NCBI RefSeq assembly: GCF_006345805.1
Contig: NC_043005.1
Coordinates: forward strand, 15,066,001 to 15,130,000
Direction: 5' to 3'
DNA from: Octopus sinensis
Lineage: Eukaryota
DNA: 64,000 nucleotides
This document shows, in pieces, positions 1 through 13,923 of this stretch (position 1 is its first letter; the number at the start of each line of letters is the position of its first letter). Under the pieces are notes generated by a model that was not told the DNA's origin, did no database searches, and worked only from the letters and a program-made list of their open reading frames with translations. A program made the position numbers and the translations under genes.

Positions 1-775
1 GGTGATTTGGCTGCTATCTCAAGCAGGATTAGAGAATGTGTACAGGCTCCTTCAGGTGAGAATTAATAGACAAAAATGTGAGTGTACTGTATTCAAATCC
101 ACTAATTCATGATAGTACTACTATCACAGGGTGTGTCAGTTTTTTTGGGTCATTTGTATTAACTTCCAAAAAATCCATACCTCATTAAATAAAAACTATA
201 TATGAAAACAAATTAGGGCAAATAATCTCAAGAATCCTTCTATTACACCTCTTCAATGAATCCACTATTAGCATCAGTGGCTGCTTCAATACTGGGCTAG
301 AAGTGTCGACATGCCTGAATGAGATGATCTTTATCAATTTGGAACACAGTGCTGATTAAGGTAGACTTCAGAGATTGTAAGGTGCTATGGGGATATTTCT
401 TGACTATGCATCATATGTAATAGTCTAGTGGACTGAGTTCTGGTGAGAATATGATAATGGAGATTGGTATGCATCCATTCTTGGGTATTTCTTAGCCTTA
501 TTAGATGATGCAAAGTCTAGTTGGAAGACATACAATCTTCTGTCGAATATTCTGTCCATCCAAGCTCTCACAACTTTCTCCAACACCTCTATGTACTCCA
601 GGTAGACTGTGGTATTGACTCTTAAGCCCTGTTAAAAAAAATGAAGAGGCATGACATCTCCCTTGTTGTTGATGACTTCCATAACCATCATTGTTTTTGA
701 GAACTTAATATGCATAACCTCATTTGGGTCTCTGTATAAGTATCTGTCATTCCTTTTGTTTATTTTTTGGTCCTT

Positions 776-1158
776 GGTATCACAGCTGCAATTTCTATTG
801 AAATCGAAATCGATCAACATCAATGGAAATTGCAGCTGTGATACCAGTGCCTGTGGTACGTAAGAGAACCATCCGAATGTGGCCGTTGCCAGCCTTGCCT
901 GGCCTCCGTGCTGGTGGCACGTAAAAAGCACCATCCAACCGTGGCCGTTTGCCAGCCCCGTCTGGCACCTGTGCCGGTGGCATGTAAAAAGCACCAACTA
1001 CACTCACGGAGTGGTTGGCGTTAGGAAGGGCACCCAGCCATAGAAACATTGCCAGATCAGACTGGGCCTGGTGCAGCCTTCTGGCTTCCCAGACCCCAGT
1101 TGAACCATCCAACCCATGCTTGTATGGAAAGCAGACGCTATACGATGATGATGATGAT
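776..1158 (+). mobile_element. RTE-LINE 3' UTR fragment (family with internal ~55-bp tandem units and a (GAT)n tail)
   Basis: Contains GGTTGGCGTTAGGAAGGGCA and ends in GATGATGATGAT. The same family is joined to RTE ORF sequence at 32173-33100. Confidence 0.75.
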
Positions 1159-1218
1159 CAAAGTTCTTCTCATCAAAGAAAAACCAAAGCATTCCAGCTT
1201 CTTGGTGCTTTAACTTGT

Positions 1219-1447
1219 TTAACCCTTTCATTTCTGCATTTATTTTGAGATGCTCTGTGTTTCTTTCAATTAATTTTAAATATAACAAAGAATTTAGTAA
1301 AATAACTTAATTATCATTCAGCTAGTGTTACGAACATAAATTGTGACTAAGGTTTGGTGAAAGATTTTAATTCAAAACTTATGAAAACAAGACATTTGTA
1401 CTCAGAGCCAGAGCAGGTTTCAGCCGGGTTGGTAACAAAAGGGTTAA
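1219..1447. mobile_element. piggyBac-like MITE with TTAA target-site duplication
   Basis: TTAA-CCCTTT ... AAAAGGG-TTAA ends. A second copy lies in the opposite orientation at about 6414-6640. Confidence 0.75.
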
Positions 1448-2189
1448 CAAGCACTTGGCACAGATTGAATGATTCTCTCTTGTCTCAACTGACCTCTTTG
1501 CATGACATACGACTTGTACTGGGTATCTTTATGCTCAACTCTTCTGATGGTGTATTCTGACAACCTGAGGTTCTTTGCAATGGCTCCGATTGACTTTCTG
1601 GGGCTTTTATCAGTTATTTCTTGGACATTTTGTACAAAGTTATGTATTCTGATCCAGTGTATGTGTTTCGTGTTATTAGGATCCTGTGCATGTGTTTTGT
1701 GTTTAACTGTTGATGTTGGATCCCAATCAGCAGCTTCCAGCTCCTTTTGAACTTTGACAATGAAGGGTTGGGCAACTTTTGGGAAGGGAGTTATCTCTGT
1801 ATCACTATGTTGTGCTCTGAAGGCAATGATTATAGTGTACCATTTTATTTGCTGAGCCAACCTAATGTCTGAAATTATTTATCTGAAAAGTAAAGTAAAA
1901 GAAATAAGTTAGAATGAAGTCAGAGCTCTTGAAAGAGATGTCTTCAAAAAACTGATGCACTCTGTACTGATGATGATTTCTGGAGGAAGAGAATGGCTGT
2001 AGTCAGTTTAATTGACTTTAGTATATAGCTGGTAATTACCTTGTCAGTGCAGGAGAACTGAATGTCAAAAGAAGATCGTGGCAAAACATAAACTTGTATA
2101 AAAAGAGATGGAACTAAATACTACAAGTCATTTAGTAGTCCCTTACTGGTTTTGATTATATCTACCACCCTTAATGGGGTTTAAATAAT

Positions 2190-2487
2190 TCACCTCTGGA
2201 AACATGGGTGTTTCATTTAACATCCTTAAACAACCCTTATTCAGGGACCTTTTGAGTGGGATGGGTTACTCGACCAGAAGAAAATTCTAACTGGGCCCCA
2301 CCTGCAAGGTCATGTGCTGTTTATCTTGATATGAGATCACTGTGTCGCACACATATGGTTGTGATGCATGTGGTTATTGTACCCTTATCAGACGGGTAGT
2401 CATGATGGGTATACTGGGCTTCGTATATTTTACCCCAGTGTCACTTTGATGGCATGCACTGCTCTCTCACTCAATAATAATAATAAT
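2190..2487 (+). mobile_element. Probable non-LTR retroelement 3' end with (AAT)n tail
   Basis: GC-richer block ending abruptly in CTCAATAATAATAATAAT; family not assigned. Confidence 0.35.
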
Positions 2488-2922
2488 TACTGTTCCTAAT
2501 TTAAGGCCCTGCAGTTTTCAGGGGAGGAAGTTAGTTGATACCATTCACCCTAGTACTTGACTGATACTTTATTTTATTGACTCCCAGAAGGATAAAACAG
2601 AGTTGACCTCAACAAGATTTGAACCAAGAATACAAAAAGTTGATGACATACTGCAAGTAACTTTTTCCAATGTTCTGATGATTCTGCTAATCCATCACAC
2701 CTGTAATAAAAATGATTTCAAACATGAGTACAAAGCTTCAGATTTAACAAGAGAAGAGTATAATTTAATTAGCATAGGACTCAACTGGTAACTGAAGAGG
2801 AAAGAATCAACTCCTTTGTTGAATGATACAGCTAAATAATATGTAGCATTCTAACTGCTTTATCTATCAATTCTGCCAATCCACCACCACCACCACCACC
2901 ACCTCCACCAGTAGCAGTAGGA

Positions 2923-2979
<57 letters not shown>

Positions 2980-3413
2980 ATAATAAAAGTGTTGCTAATG
3001 GTTTTTTGTAATTATCACATCCACCAGCAAATGTATTTCCCCCTGAGCCATCATTAGCTTAATTAGATGATGACTCAACATCGTCTCCATCAAGTATTTC
3101 ATGTTGCATTAAGGGCTGGTTTTATGGAGTGTCACTCTATTTGTTAACATAGTGGAAAACAAATATGAATTGATGCTGTTAATGGATGTAGAGGACAACA
3201 TGAAAGCCTTGACTTCGTATTTGTTCCCAGTATTTATGAGTTTTATGAAGAGCTTTATGAAACAAAATATACACACATAAGTGTGTCAAGGCTGAGATCT
3301 GAGTTTCAATTCCAGGTTGATGAGTTTTTTCACTTCACAAAACCTGCAATTATAGACAGTGTAATTCAACATTGTAATATCTCACTTCTGCTTTCTTCCA
3401 AAATAATTCAGTT

Positions 3414-3624
3414 TACTCTTTACTCTTTTACTTGTTTCAGTCATTTGACTGCGGCCATGCTGGAGCACCGCCTTTAATCGAGCAACTCAATCCCGGGACT
3501 TATTCTTTTGTAAGCCCAGTACTTATTCTATCGGTCTCTTTTGCCGAACCGCTAAGTAACGGGGACATAAACACACCAGCATCGGTTGTCAAGCAATGCT
3601 AGGGGGACAAACACAGACACACAA

Positions 3625-3713
<89 letters not shown>

Positions 3714-3889
3714 TATATACATATATACGACGGGCTTCTTTCAGTTTCCGTCTATCAAATCCACTCACAAGGCTTTGGTCGGCCCGAGGCTATAGTAGAA
3801 GACACTTGCCCAAGATGCCACGCAGTGGGATTGAACCCGGAACCATGTGGTTGGTAAACAAGTTACTTACCACACAGCCACTCCTGCAC
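3414..3889 (-). mobile_element. tRNA-derived SINE, family A (internal (TA)n/(CA)n, (GAGTAAAA)n tail)
   Basis: Minus strand starts GGAGTGGCTGTGTGGTAAG (A box) ... GGTTCAATCCC (B box). More than 15 near-identical copies occur in the window. Confidence 0.9.
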
Positions 3890-4046
3890 CCAGTTTGTGT
3901 CTTTTATATTTTGATTTCAAGCCTCAATAGAAGAGAAGATTTTCATTCTTCTAGGGTCTGTAAAATAAGTACAAGTTGTTCTGGTGTCAATTTTATCAAC
4001 TATGCTCTTCCTAAAATTTGTGATGTTGTGTTTATCTTAAAAATAA

Positions 4047-5695
4047 CACTGGGGAATACAGTTTTCATTGAGTTAGATTGGACACTTGTTTTTGACTAAT
4101 TTTTAGCCCCAGAATAAAAAATTGACCCCAGTTTTTCTGTATCTCATCAACTTGTTGAGCTATGGGATACCTTTGCTTTGTCTCAAAAAACGTGCTCATT
4201 TTACAGAATATTTTTAAAATTTACATACAATGGACTATAGTAAAACATTGCTTGACTAATATTTGTACAAATTTATTTTATTCATACAAAGGACATTGTC
4301 ACTGTAAGTCAAATGATGTGCAAGTTGTTAAGGTAAAAATTTACATTTATAGTTTTTCTGGCATGTTCAATCTGTGGACAGTTTTACTTCATGCTCCAGC
4401 AATAGTCAGCCATTATATTTATATCTCATTTATCTTGATACCACTCCTCTATGACTTTCAAATCTCAGTGGAATCATTCATTTTGCTCATTGCTAACCAC
4501 ACCAAGGTTTTCAGGGAAGTTAGCAAGATGGCTGTGCAGAAAATGCAACTTTATGTTCATGTTGCAGCTGAGCATTCTGTAACTCTCCAATAAGTTTCTG
4601 GACAATTTTAATGTAATTCTTTGTGTATGTCCAACAAAGTTCTTGACAAGGTTTTTGAATGATAACCAAATATTCTTTTCGAGGTCTGACATTGTGCCAA
4701 TGGAAGGTTCATCTTTGATGAGTTACTGAATCTGTAAACCATCAAACATGCCAGAACTGACTTTTTTTAATTGGCAGGCTAAGAAATGCCAAAACAAGGT
4801 ACTTGAAACAGTTACCTTCATTTGGCAATGCTTTAACAAATTGTTTCATGAGACCCAATTTCTTGTGCAGGGATGGGAATATAATTTTCTTTATGTAGAA
4901 TGTTGGGATCACCAGGTTTGAGTTCAGATAGCCAATTCCTCTTCACTCAAGGTTTCTCTCAAGCAGGGATAATTGGTGTATCCATGTTGCTGACCAAGAA
5001 GGAAACATTCCATTTAAAGATTAACACAGATAATTCAATTGTGTTTGTCATACAGCAACAACTCAGTAACTCTGTGTCTCCATATTCTTCCTGAAGGTAA
5101 ATTGAATGTCCATTTGGGACTGTACTATATGAATTGCTATTGTGGAGGAGGAAGGACACACTTTAAGCTCTGCTTGAATTATCCCTGAACTGTTGCCATT
5201 CAGTTAAGTTGTAGATTGGAAATTCCAATTCTTCCAGTAAAACCTGCATGTTATGGCAATATACAAACCTACCATCACTTCAAAAGTGCCGCAGAAATGC
5301 ACTTATTCTGGATTGAAAGTAGGATACCTTTGCTCCTTTTTCAAGCAGCTTTTTTCTCATTCAGTTTTGATGCTAGGAGTTCTGAGGCCATTTTTAATAA
5401 TCTCAAGTCTCATGCCATATCATTCAACTCATGCTGATTGAATTCCTTACAGAATGAGTCATCTTCAATTTCAAAATCTGCATCATTGCTGTCATTGAGT
5501 TCTTCATCATTATTCAGATTTTCAAGAGCAGTTAGTTGAATGAAAACTGGCACTGGGATTTCAACTGAATGAGGTACTAAATGTATAATTGATGGTAGAC
5601 TAGAATATTCAATTTCACATTTATTATTTTTTTTTTTGTTATATCCTGAAGTTTTCACTAAACAAAAGTAAAAGTCTGTGCAATCGTCTTTTGAC
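4047..5695 (-). mobile_element. Degenerate Chapaev3-like DNA transposon (transposase pseudogene)
   Basis: Minus-strand fragments: TDFYFCLVKTSGYNKK, MSDLEKNIWLSFKNLVKNF, LSCNMNIKLHFLHSHLANFPENLGVVSNEQNE and IMADYCWSMK. Terminus CACTG at 4047. Family name assigned from recalled motifs. Confidence 0.65.
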
Positions 5696-5948
5696 TAACT
5701 TATTTCATTATTTACATTTGATAGATATTTGTCCTCATCTCGTTTGCTGTTAACACAACGTTAATTCAGTCATTTTGTTGGGTGGGGGTCAGTGAAGAAA
5801 GTATCTGCACGGTTGGTTTAGAAGTTCTTTCTCCAACCATGTAGTTCCAGATTTGATCTCATCACATTACATCCTGTAAGATGTGACTGACACTATAGCT
5901 TCAGGTTGAACAAAACCTTGTGAATGGAATTTGGCAAGCAGAAGCCTG

Positions 5949-6021
<73 letters not shown>

Positions 6022-6413
6022 GATGGAACTACTCTAAGCATGTGCCTGTTGATCAGAGAACAATAGATGAGAAATGGTACTTGCTGGTAGTGGTGATGAT
6101 GGGATATGGTGATCTTGGATTTGTGAGGTTCTATGACTGGCCCTAATTGGAGGGTCTGTTGTATCAGGAGATCTACATCATTCATATATTCCTAGATTTT
6201 GTATATCATGTATACATTTCATCTCATTCACTTCTTCCACTTTTCCTCCTCACCCAATGTAACCCCCTCCCCAACATAAATTGTAATCTGTCTTTGTAAT
6301 GCCCTCACCTCATCCTTCATCTAACACCTCTGTAGCAAAGAAAAGTATTCATTATTATTATTGTTCTTGTTCTTCATATTCTATTTACTTTACAGCTTTC
6401 TAGAGCCATTAAC

Positions 6414-6640
6414 TTAACCCTTTTGTTACCAACCCAGCTGAAATCGGTTCTGGCTCTAAATACAAATGTCTTGTTTTCATAAGTTTTGAATTAAAATCTT
6501 CCACCAAACCTTAGTCACAATTCATGTTCCTAACACGAGCTGAATGATAAATAAGTTATTTTATTAAATTCTTTGTTACATTTAATGTAATTGAAAGAAA
6601 CACAGAGCATTTCAAAATAAATACAGTAACGAAAGGATAT
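6414..6640. mobile_element. piggyBac-like MITE, second copy (reverse of 1219-1447)
   Basis: Reverse-complement similarity to 1219-1447 along its length; TTAACCCTTTT start. Confidence 0.7.
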
Positions 6641-6899
6641 TCAAATCAGTTGATATTCATTATCTGCAAATGATTTTGTGCCATAAGTTAGTCAGGGGAT
6701 GACTATTGTAGTGTAGCCCTTGACAAACCCTGATCATGTAGCTCTATGGCACATATGTACCTAGCTGAATGTGAGATTTTACTCACAGATCCATTTTCCC
6801 AGTTATACCATAACTACACCTAGCTGAGTTCATACAGTGATGAATTGACTGGAGTCCAGTATGACAGTCTAGACATACCACATAAAAAAAATAATAAAT

Positions 6900-7393
6900 G
6901 TGCCCTTTTAAAGCCTAGCCAGGCTCATGGGCCTGGTTTCCCGGTTTCTATGGCATATGTGCTCCCCATCTGGATGGGACGCCAGTCCATCACAGCATTA
7001 CTCATTTTTGCCAGCTGAGTGGACTGGAACAATGTGAAATGAAGTGTTTTGCTTAAGAACACAGTGCGTCACCCATCCAGGAATTGAAACCACAATCTTA
7101 CAATCATGGTCCTGACACCCTAACCACTAAGCCACGCACCTCCACTTGCACTCTTTTAAAGCCTAGCCAGGCTCATGGGCCCGGTTTCCTGGTTTCTATG
7201 CCATATGTGCTCCCCAGCTGGACGGGACACCAGTCCATTGCAGCGTTACTCATTTTTGCCAGCTGAGTGGACTGGAGCAATGTGAAATGAAGTGTTTTGC
7301 TCAAGAACACAATGCGTTATCTGTCCAGGAATTGAAACCACAATCTTACGATCATGGTGCTGACACCCTAACCACTAAGCCACGCACCTCCAC
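6900..7393 (-). mobile_element. Head-to-tail dimer of a tRNA-derived SINE (family D)
   Basis: Two ~245-bp units (6900-7145, 7149-7393), each with minus-strand head GGAGGTGCGTGGCTTAGTGGTTAGGG...GGTTTCAATTCC and tail GAAACCGGG-CCCATGAGCCTGGCTAGGC. A related copy lies at 28935-29181. Confidence 0.8.
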
Positions 7394-7784
7394 AGACATA
7401 CTGCATCCTCTAAAAAGTCTATTTATATATACTCATAAATTCTAATAGTCACTACAGCAGTAACAGGCAAGGCAGGCTTGGTCAAAAGTTTGGGATTTAC
7501 TATTCTTTTGCACTTAGTGTTGGTGGTGTTCAACCTAGCATCCTGTCTTGCAGGTAAGGGTGGGCAGTAAAACTATTGAAGTTGCAACTATTTCTGTGTG
7601 TGTGTAACTTTTTTTCATCTGAACTTAGTGGGAAAGATAGGGTTTTTGGAAAACTGGGGTAGTAGTGTTCTGAGGTATTGCACATATGTCTGGGTGTTTG
7701 GAGGTGGTTTTTCAGGTAGTGACAGAAACTGTGGGCATTGAAGATTGTTAACAACGATGCTCTTTATATGTCCAGGTGATCTCT

Positions 7785-8315
7785 TTACTCTTTTCTCTTT
7801 ACTCTTTTACTTGTTTCAGTCATTTTGACTGTGGCCATGCTGGAGCACTGCCTTTAGTCGAGCAAATTGACCTCAGGACATATTCTTTGTAAGCCTAGTA
7901 CTTATTCTATTGGTCTCTTTTTGCCGAACCGCTAAGTTACAGGGACGTAAACACACCAGCATCGGTTGTCAAGTAATGTTGGGGAGACAAACACAGACAC
8001 ACACATATATATTTATAAACATATACATATATACGACAGGCTTCTTTCAGTTTCCGTCTACCAAATCCACACACAAGGCTTTGGGTGGCCTGAGGCTATA
8101 GTAGAAGACACTTGCCCAAAGGTGCCACGCAGTGGGACTGAACCCAGAACCATGTGGTTGGTAAGCAAGCTACTTTTATTCACATAGTTTGCCACAAGAG
8201 CAGTACACAGAGTAGCTTTGGGCTGGACAAGGACATTAATGTGATGAGGATGATAACAATAAAGATGAATAAAAATGGGAGGGGCACCCAAGCTACTTTA
8301 GCCACTCCTGTGCCT
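7785..8315 (-). mobile_element. SINE family A with an insertion in its head
   Basis: Family A sequence; the head is split by ~115 bp flanked by a CAAGCTACTTT duplication. Confidence 0.8.
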
Positions 8316-10454
8316 ATTTTTAGTATTTTTTTTGTTTATTTTGTGTATAGGTATAGAGTGATTATGAACCCAAGTGAAATGTACATAAATCATGATTGAT
8401 CTAATGTATCAATTATAAATACTGGGTTAAATTCATTGTAGAATGTAATTGAGTCTTATTTGGGTGGAAGTTCAAATCCTGATGGCATTGTTTTTTTTTC
8501 TTTTACATCTCTTTAAGCCTGCTAGTGTCTGGTATGTGAAACTTTCAACTGGTAGCAATTGTATTTGCAAGTTGTTTGCAAATACTCAATTACAATGTTA
8601 CCAATTATCCATTTATGTCCTAAACCTGACCAACAACTCACCTAACCCCCTTGTCAACATAATTTACCATGGAATTGTTCTGAGTTCAAATCCTGCTGGC
8701 ATTGATTTTTGCCTTTCATCATTCTAAGGTCAACAAAATAAAGTGTCAGCACTAACCTTTACTTTTCCTATACAAAAATGACCCATGGTGGAATACCACT
8801 CCTACATCTGTAACAGTACTGTTAATAACTCATACTAAAATCCTTTAATGTATCCCCTCCCCCAAAAAGTTTGGAAATCATTCACCAACATACTCCAAAC
8901 TCTGGTTCACAGACATGCTATCTCTTCACACAATCTCTTCTGCAGCAGAGTCCTCTGTTCTTTGAATCTGTCTGATTTCATGTCATTTCTACTCAGGCCT
9001 ACCTAACACATTTGCTTCACCTTCCCTTATCACCCATATTTTGTTCACCCCATTTCCTCCAGGCTCCATACTAAGGACTGAGCAGTCCTTCCTTTCCAGA
9101 ATTTCAACCCACTGAGGTTCCTTCTCCTTTTTTTCCCCACAACTGTCAGCTGTTGAAGTATATCAGTTGTCAATCTCTCTCCAGTCACAAGAGTATGAAG
9201 GTTGAATACAGCTCCTTTCTCTAGTCTATGCCATTAAAAATAAACAAACATATTTGTAGTTGCACTGAAGTTGATAAGACCCAACTTAGTTGAAATCTAA
9301 ATCTTTTAGTTGTTAAACCCCTTTCAGTTTAAAAGATAAAAATGTATGCATCAGTATTTCAGCTAGAATCTCTCCCAAATTTTTTCTGTCCTTATGTTTT
9401 TGTTAAAAATCATTATTGTTAAAAATTTTAAAAAAAATTTAGTCTGGTGTGATGATAGGAAGACCTTATTAAAGTTAGTAATTTGTGAAAAAAAATTGTT
9501 TTCTTCCTTGGGGTCAAAATCAGTAAGGTCAGGCAAACTAGTGCATAGAATTAAGCTACATCAATTACATGTTCTGAGTTCAAATCATGTAAGATTGACT
9601 TCGCCTTTCATCTTTCTGGGGTCACCAAAATAAAGTGTCATTTAAATACAGGGATCAATTTATCAATCATACTTGCTAAATTCCTCATTTATATTAAGAA
9701 TGTTATTATTAAGGAGCGCTTGATTTTATTTCCCTACATTTTGAGTTTGAAGTTTGCTAAGATATCCTTTGGGGGCTTACAAAATAAAGTCCCAGTCAGT
9801 TATTGGAGTTGATAAACTGAGTCTTTAAGAAATCCTTATTGATATATTTTAAAAATTCAGCCCTCTTACATCTTGGAAACATTTTATTTTCCCCTTGGTA
9901 GAATGCAATTAAAAATCCCTTATATCGTTCATTCCTTAATGATCTGAAGTTAAATCTTAGCCAAGTTTGACATCTCATTCTTTGAGAGTTAACGAATTAA
10001 AATAATAGTTAAGTATTGGGAATGGTTTAATGAAGTATTCCCTTTCACATGAAATTTGTGGCTTTTTGTCTATAGTAGAAATCTATATTATTGATTTCTA
10101 TAGCCTGGACAGTGAGGACAATAACAACTCTTAATTGAACCTCTCACATCTTAGAAAACGTTCTGTCACCTTTTCCTCTCCTCTTTCTTTCCTGTTTCTA
10201 CTAGCAACATCTTATGGGAAAAATAATCCTAGTATGGATCAATTTTCATCCTTACATTACTTACTATACAACCTAAATCAAGGTTATTCTGTTTTCTAGT
10301 TGGTTTTTATTATACTAGAGAGGACAAGATGGTAGCAATAATGGTAGTGGTGGCAGTGGTGCTTGTGATTTGAGGCTGTTTAGCTCTGATGAAGTGTGGC
10401 CCTGATAAAACAGACCTATAATCAAAGATGTTCCAAATGTGACCATCTTTTTTT

Positions 10455-10648
10455 TTTATTCTCTTACTTGTTTCAGTCAGTTGACTGTGGCCATGCTGGA
10501 GCACTACTTTTAGTCAAACAAATTGATCCCAGGACTTATTAATTGTAAGCCTAGTACTTATTCTATTAGTCTGTTTTGCCAAACTGCTAAGTTATGGGGG
10601 ACATAAGCACATCAACATTGGTTGTCAAGTAATGGTGGGGTGACAAAT

Positions 10649-10682
<34 letters not shown>

Positions 10683-10862
10683 ACAAACACACATACACAC
10701 AACAGGCTTCTTTCAGTTTCCGTCTACCAAATCCACTCACAAGGCTTTGGTCGGCCTGCAGCTATAGCAGAAGACACTTGCCCAAGGTGCCACGCAGTAG
10801 GATTAGAACCCGGAACCATGTGGTTGGTAAGCAAGTTACTTACACACAGCCACTCCTACGCC
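10455..10862 (-). mobile_element. SINE family A
   Basis: Same head, body and tail as 3414-3889. Confidence 0.85.
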
Positions 10863-10956
10863 ATACTGCATTTATTTATTTACTTTTTTGCAGGATTAAT
10901 ATTTCTAGGACTGTGTAATTTACTGCATCTTGCCCATTTCTTAAGACATAAAACTA

Positions 10957-11191
10957 TATATTTCTTTACTACCCACAAGGGGCTAAACACAGAGGGGACA
11001 AACAAGGACAGACAAACGGATTAAGTCGATTATATCGACCCCAGTGCGTAACTGGTACTTAATTTATCGACCCCGAAAGGATGAAAGGCAAAGTCGACCT
11101 CGGCGGAATTTGAACTCAGAACATAACGGCAGACGAAATACGGCAACGCATTTCGCCCGGTGTGCTAACGTTTCTGCCAGCTCGCCGCCTT
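10957..11191 (-). mobile_element. SINE family B (MetaSINE-like central domain) with TSD
   Basis: Minus strand AAGGCGGCGAGCTGGCAGAAACG...GAGTTCAAATTCCGCCGAGGTCGACTTTGCCTTTCATCCTTTCGGGGTCGATAAA; flanked by an AAGACATAAAA(C/G)TATA duplication. Confidence 0.85.
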
Positions 11192-11459
11192 AGAAGACAT
11201 AAAAGTATATGATTTGAGGGAGGTTTGGCTACTATTTTTAAGAGGTTGAGCAACCACTTTTTGTACTTCCTTGCTGCTGCTGCTGTTAGCCAAATTTTCT
11301 TTCCTTCTCACTCACTCTAACCCTTACAACCCTATTATTGGTGGAGAAAAAGTGGAATAAGTGCTGTTATTGTTTCAGAGTTTTACACTATTTTGATTGG
11401 TTTCATGCATTAAAAACACAGTTTTTTTTTCTTTATTTTATTTTTGTTTTGATTGATTT

Positions 11460-11742
11460 CTTTTGATTTCTTGTGATTTCTTTCTTTCTCTGTTTCTCTT
11501 TAACTTTCTTTCTTACTCTCACTATCCTCTTTCTCTCTTTCTTTTTGTATTTGTCTCTCCATTTCAACCAGTCTCTCTCTCTCTCTCTCTCTCTCTCATG
11601 CTTTCTGTGTCTATTTTTTTATTGTTTTTCATTCTTTTATTTTAGTCCCTTTTTATACCCTTTTCTTTTTATTTTTGCTTTGTTTCCTTACTTTCTTTCA
11701 TTCTTTGTTGTTTGTCTCTGTCTCTCTCTGTCTCTCTGTCTC

Positions 11743-11789
<47 letters not shown>

Positions 11790-11790
11790 C
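11460..11790. repeat. CT-rich low-complexity region with (CT)n microsatellites
   Basis: Pyrimidine-rich tract with (CT)n runs. Confidence 0.85.
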
Positions 11791-12037
11791 ATTCTTTCTG
11801 ATAAAACTCATGAACCATGCTTCAGAAATATTGCCTCTTATCTTTTCACATTAACTATTCTCTATAAGTGGAATGTACTCAGTCAAACTATTGCCTACTG
11901 CTCATTTCATTAGAAGCAAGCACACAGCATATGAACAACAAGGAACCACTGTATAGGTGTCTGACCTACTAGAAATAGTAGCCAAATATTCTTCATATAA
12001 TACCCTGCAATCTTAAAAGAGAGCTGGAGTAGTTTGG

Positions 12038-12909
12038 ATAATGATGAGTGATCTGGAAGACCTACCATGAGCATTACCCCTAGAAATGTGGAGAAAATTC
12101 ATCAGCTTGTGCATGAGGATTGACTGAGGGCAATCAGTGGCATTGCTGATGTTGTCGGTCTGTCATATGGGTCTGTGCAAGCAACCCTAATGTCTGAACT
12201 GAACATGTGGCATGTCTCTGCCAAGTTTGTCTTCTGCCTGTTGACTACTGAGCAGAAAGAACATTGCGTCGAAGTCTGTCAAAATCTCCGTCAATGTGCC
12301 ACTGGCTTCAAGGATCATCACCAGTGACAAGAGTTGGGTCTACGTGTATGACTCTGAGATGAAGCAGCTGTAGTCACACAGGAAGAGCTCTTCATCTCCC
12401 CAACTGAAGAAGGCCACAGCATAGTCAAGAGCATGTTCATTGTGTTTTTCAACAGCCACTGTATTGTGCATCGAAAATTTGTCCCCCAGGACCAGACCAT
12501 CAATCAAGAATTCTACTGTGATATCGAGAATTCGTCCCCAGAGCCAGACCATCAATCAAGAGTTCTACTGTGATGTTTTGAAGCATTTGAGGGAGAACTT
12601 TTGGCAAAAGCAGTCAGATCTGTGGAGGGCAAAGAATTGGATTCTTCATGATGACAATGCACCCTGTCACCAAGCTCTCCACACTCAAAGGTCACTGTTT
12701 TAACACTGTTGTTGAGATCAAGAGTAAAACACAGAAGGTCCTTCATTTGCTTGCAGAAAACGACTTCCAAGCTGGATTCCAAGAACACTGGGACTGGTGT
12801 ATTGTTGTGTAAGGTGACTATTTTGAAGGGGATTATGTTAAAACTGAGTTAAATAAGCTATATCTTATTAAACATAACTAGTCTGGGAACTTTTTGATAC
12901 CACCTCATA
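12038..12909 (+). mobile_element. Degenerate mariner transposon, 5' truncated and internally deleted
   Basis: Fragments DDE*SGRP, NVEKIHQLVHED, IITSDKSWVYVYD and WILHDDNAPCH; right TIR GAACTTTTTGATACCACCTCATA. The YSPDLAP region is missing, and there is a short internal duplication at about 12480-12570. Confidence 0.8.
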
Positions 12910-13667
12910 CAACAATAATGTTGGTTTCAAATTTTGGTGAAGGGCCAGGAATTTTGGGAGAGGGTGCTTGTTGATTCCATCTACCCCAGTGTTCAACTGA
13001 TACTTAATTTATTGATCTCTGAAAGGATGAAAGGCAAAGTTGACCTTGGCGGAATTTGAACCCAGAATGTGCAGACAGACGAAATGCCACTAAGCATTTT
13101 GCCAGCATGCTAATGATTCTGCCGGCTTGCAGTCTTCATACAGCAATAATATTAGCAACAATAATATTATGACTGACACAGTTACTATCACGACAACCAC
13201 TGATGTTGCACTGCTGACACAAATAACATTATCACAACTCAAAGCATTATTACAGGGACACTACTGACACAAATGCCATCACCATGCCTACTACAACAAC
13301 AACATTAACAACTATATCATCACTACTGTGCAAAATACCACCATCTACAAGGAATCCTCCACAAGATCGCTCAGCCTCCTAAAAATACCAGACAGATCTC
13401 CTCTTACTGTCCTTAAAAGGATTCACTGGACTGTCTAGTTACTGTGTATATAAAATATGGGAAGGTCATAACTGGAAAGTCTTTGATCATAAGTTTGCTC
13501 ATTCAGCTCTAGTCTAAACAACAACAACAACATCAACAATTAAATTATTGATAATATAAATGTTATCATTATTGCTATGAACAATGGCTAAATGATTGCA
13601 TCTTGATATTGTCGCCCACCATGCTAAAATTTGCAAGTAAATTCCCTTCAGATTACATCTCTCCCTT

Positions 13668-13883
13668 TTACTCTCTTTTACTTGTTTCAGTCATTTGATT
13701 GTGGCCATGCTGGAGCACTGCCTTTAGTTGAGCAAATCGACCTCAGGACTTATCCTTTGTAAGCCAAGTACTTATTCTATCAGTCTATTTTGTCGCGAAC
13801 CGCTAAGTTACGGGGACATAACCACACCAGCATCGGTTGTCAAGTGATGGGAGGACAAACACAGACACACAAACATATACACA

Positions 13884-13923
<40 letters not shown>

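Larger units (their letters stand above)
127..1890 (-). mobile_element. Degenerate Tc1/mariner-superfamily DNA transposon interrupted by two nested insertions
   Basis: Minus-strand fragments: SPRKSIGAIAKNLRLSEYTIRRV (HTH), FFFDEKNF (first catalytic D), MMVMEVINNKGDVMPLHFF and SPELSPLDY (about 420-450). TIR-like CAGGGTGTGTCAG at 127. Stops and frameshifts throughout. Confidence 0.7.

Noticed and set aside
3586-4099. ORFs rich in YI, HT or CV repeats here and throughout the window
   Set aside because: They are translations of (TA)n, (CA)n and (TACA)n microsatellites and SINE bodies, not proteins.
11463-11913. Hydrophobic ORFs resembling membrane proteins
   Set aside because: They arise from CT-rich low-complexity DNA.
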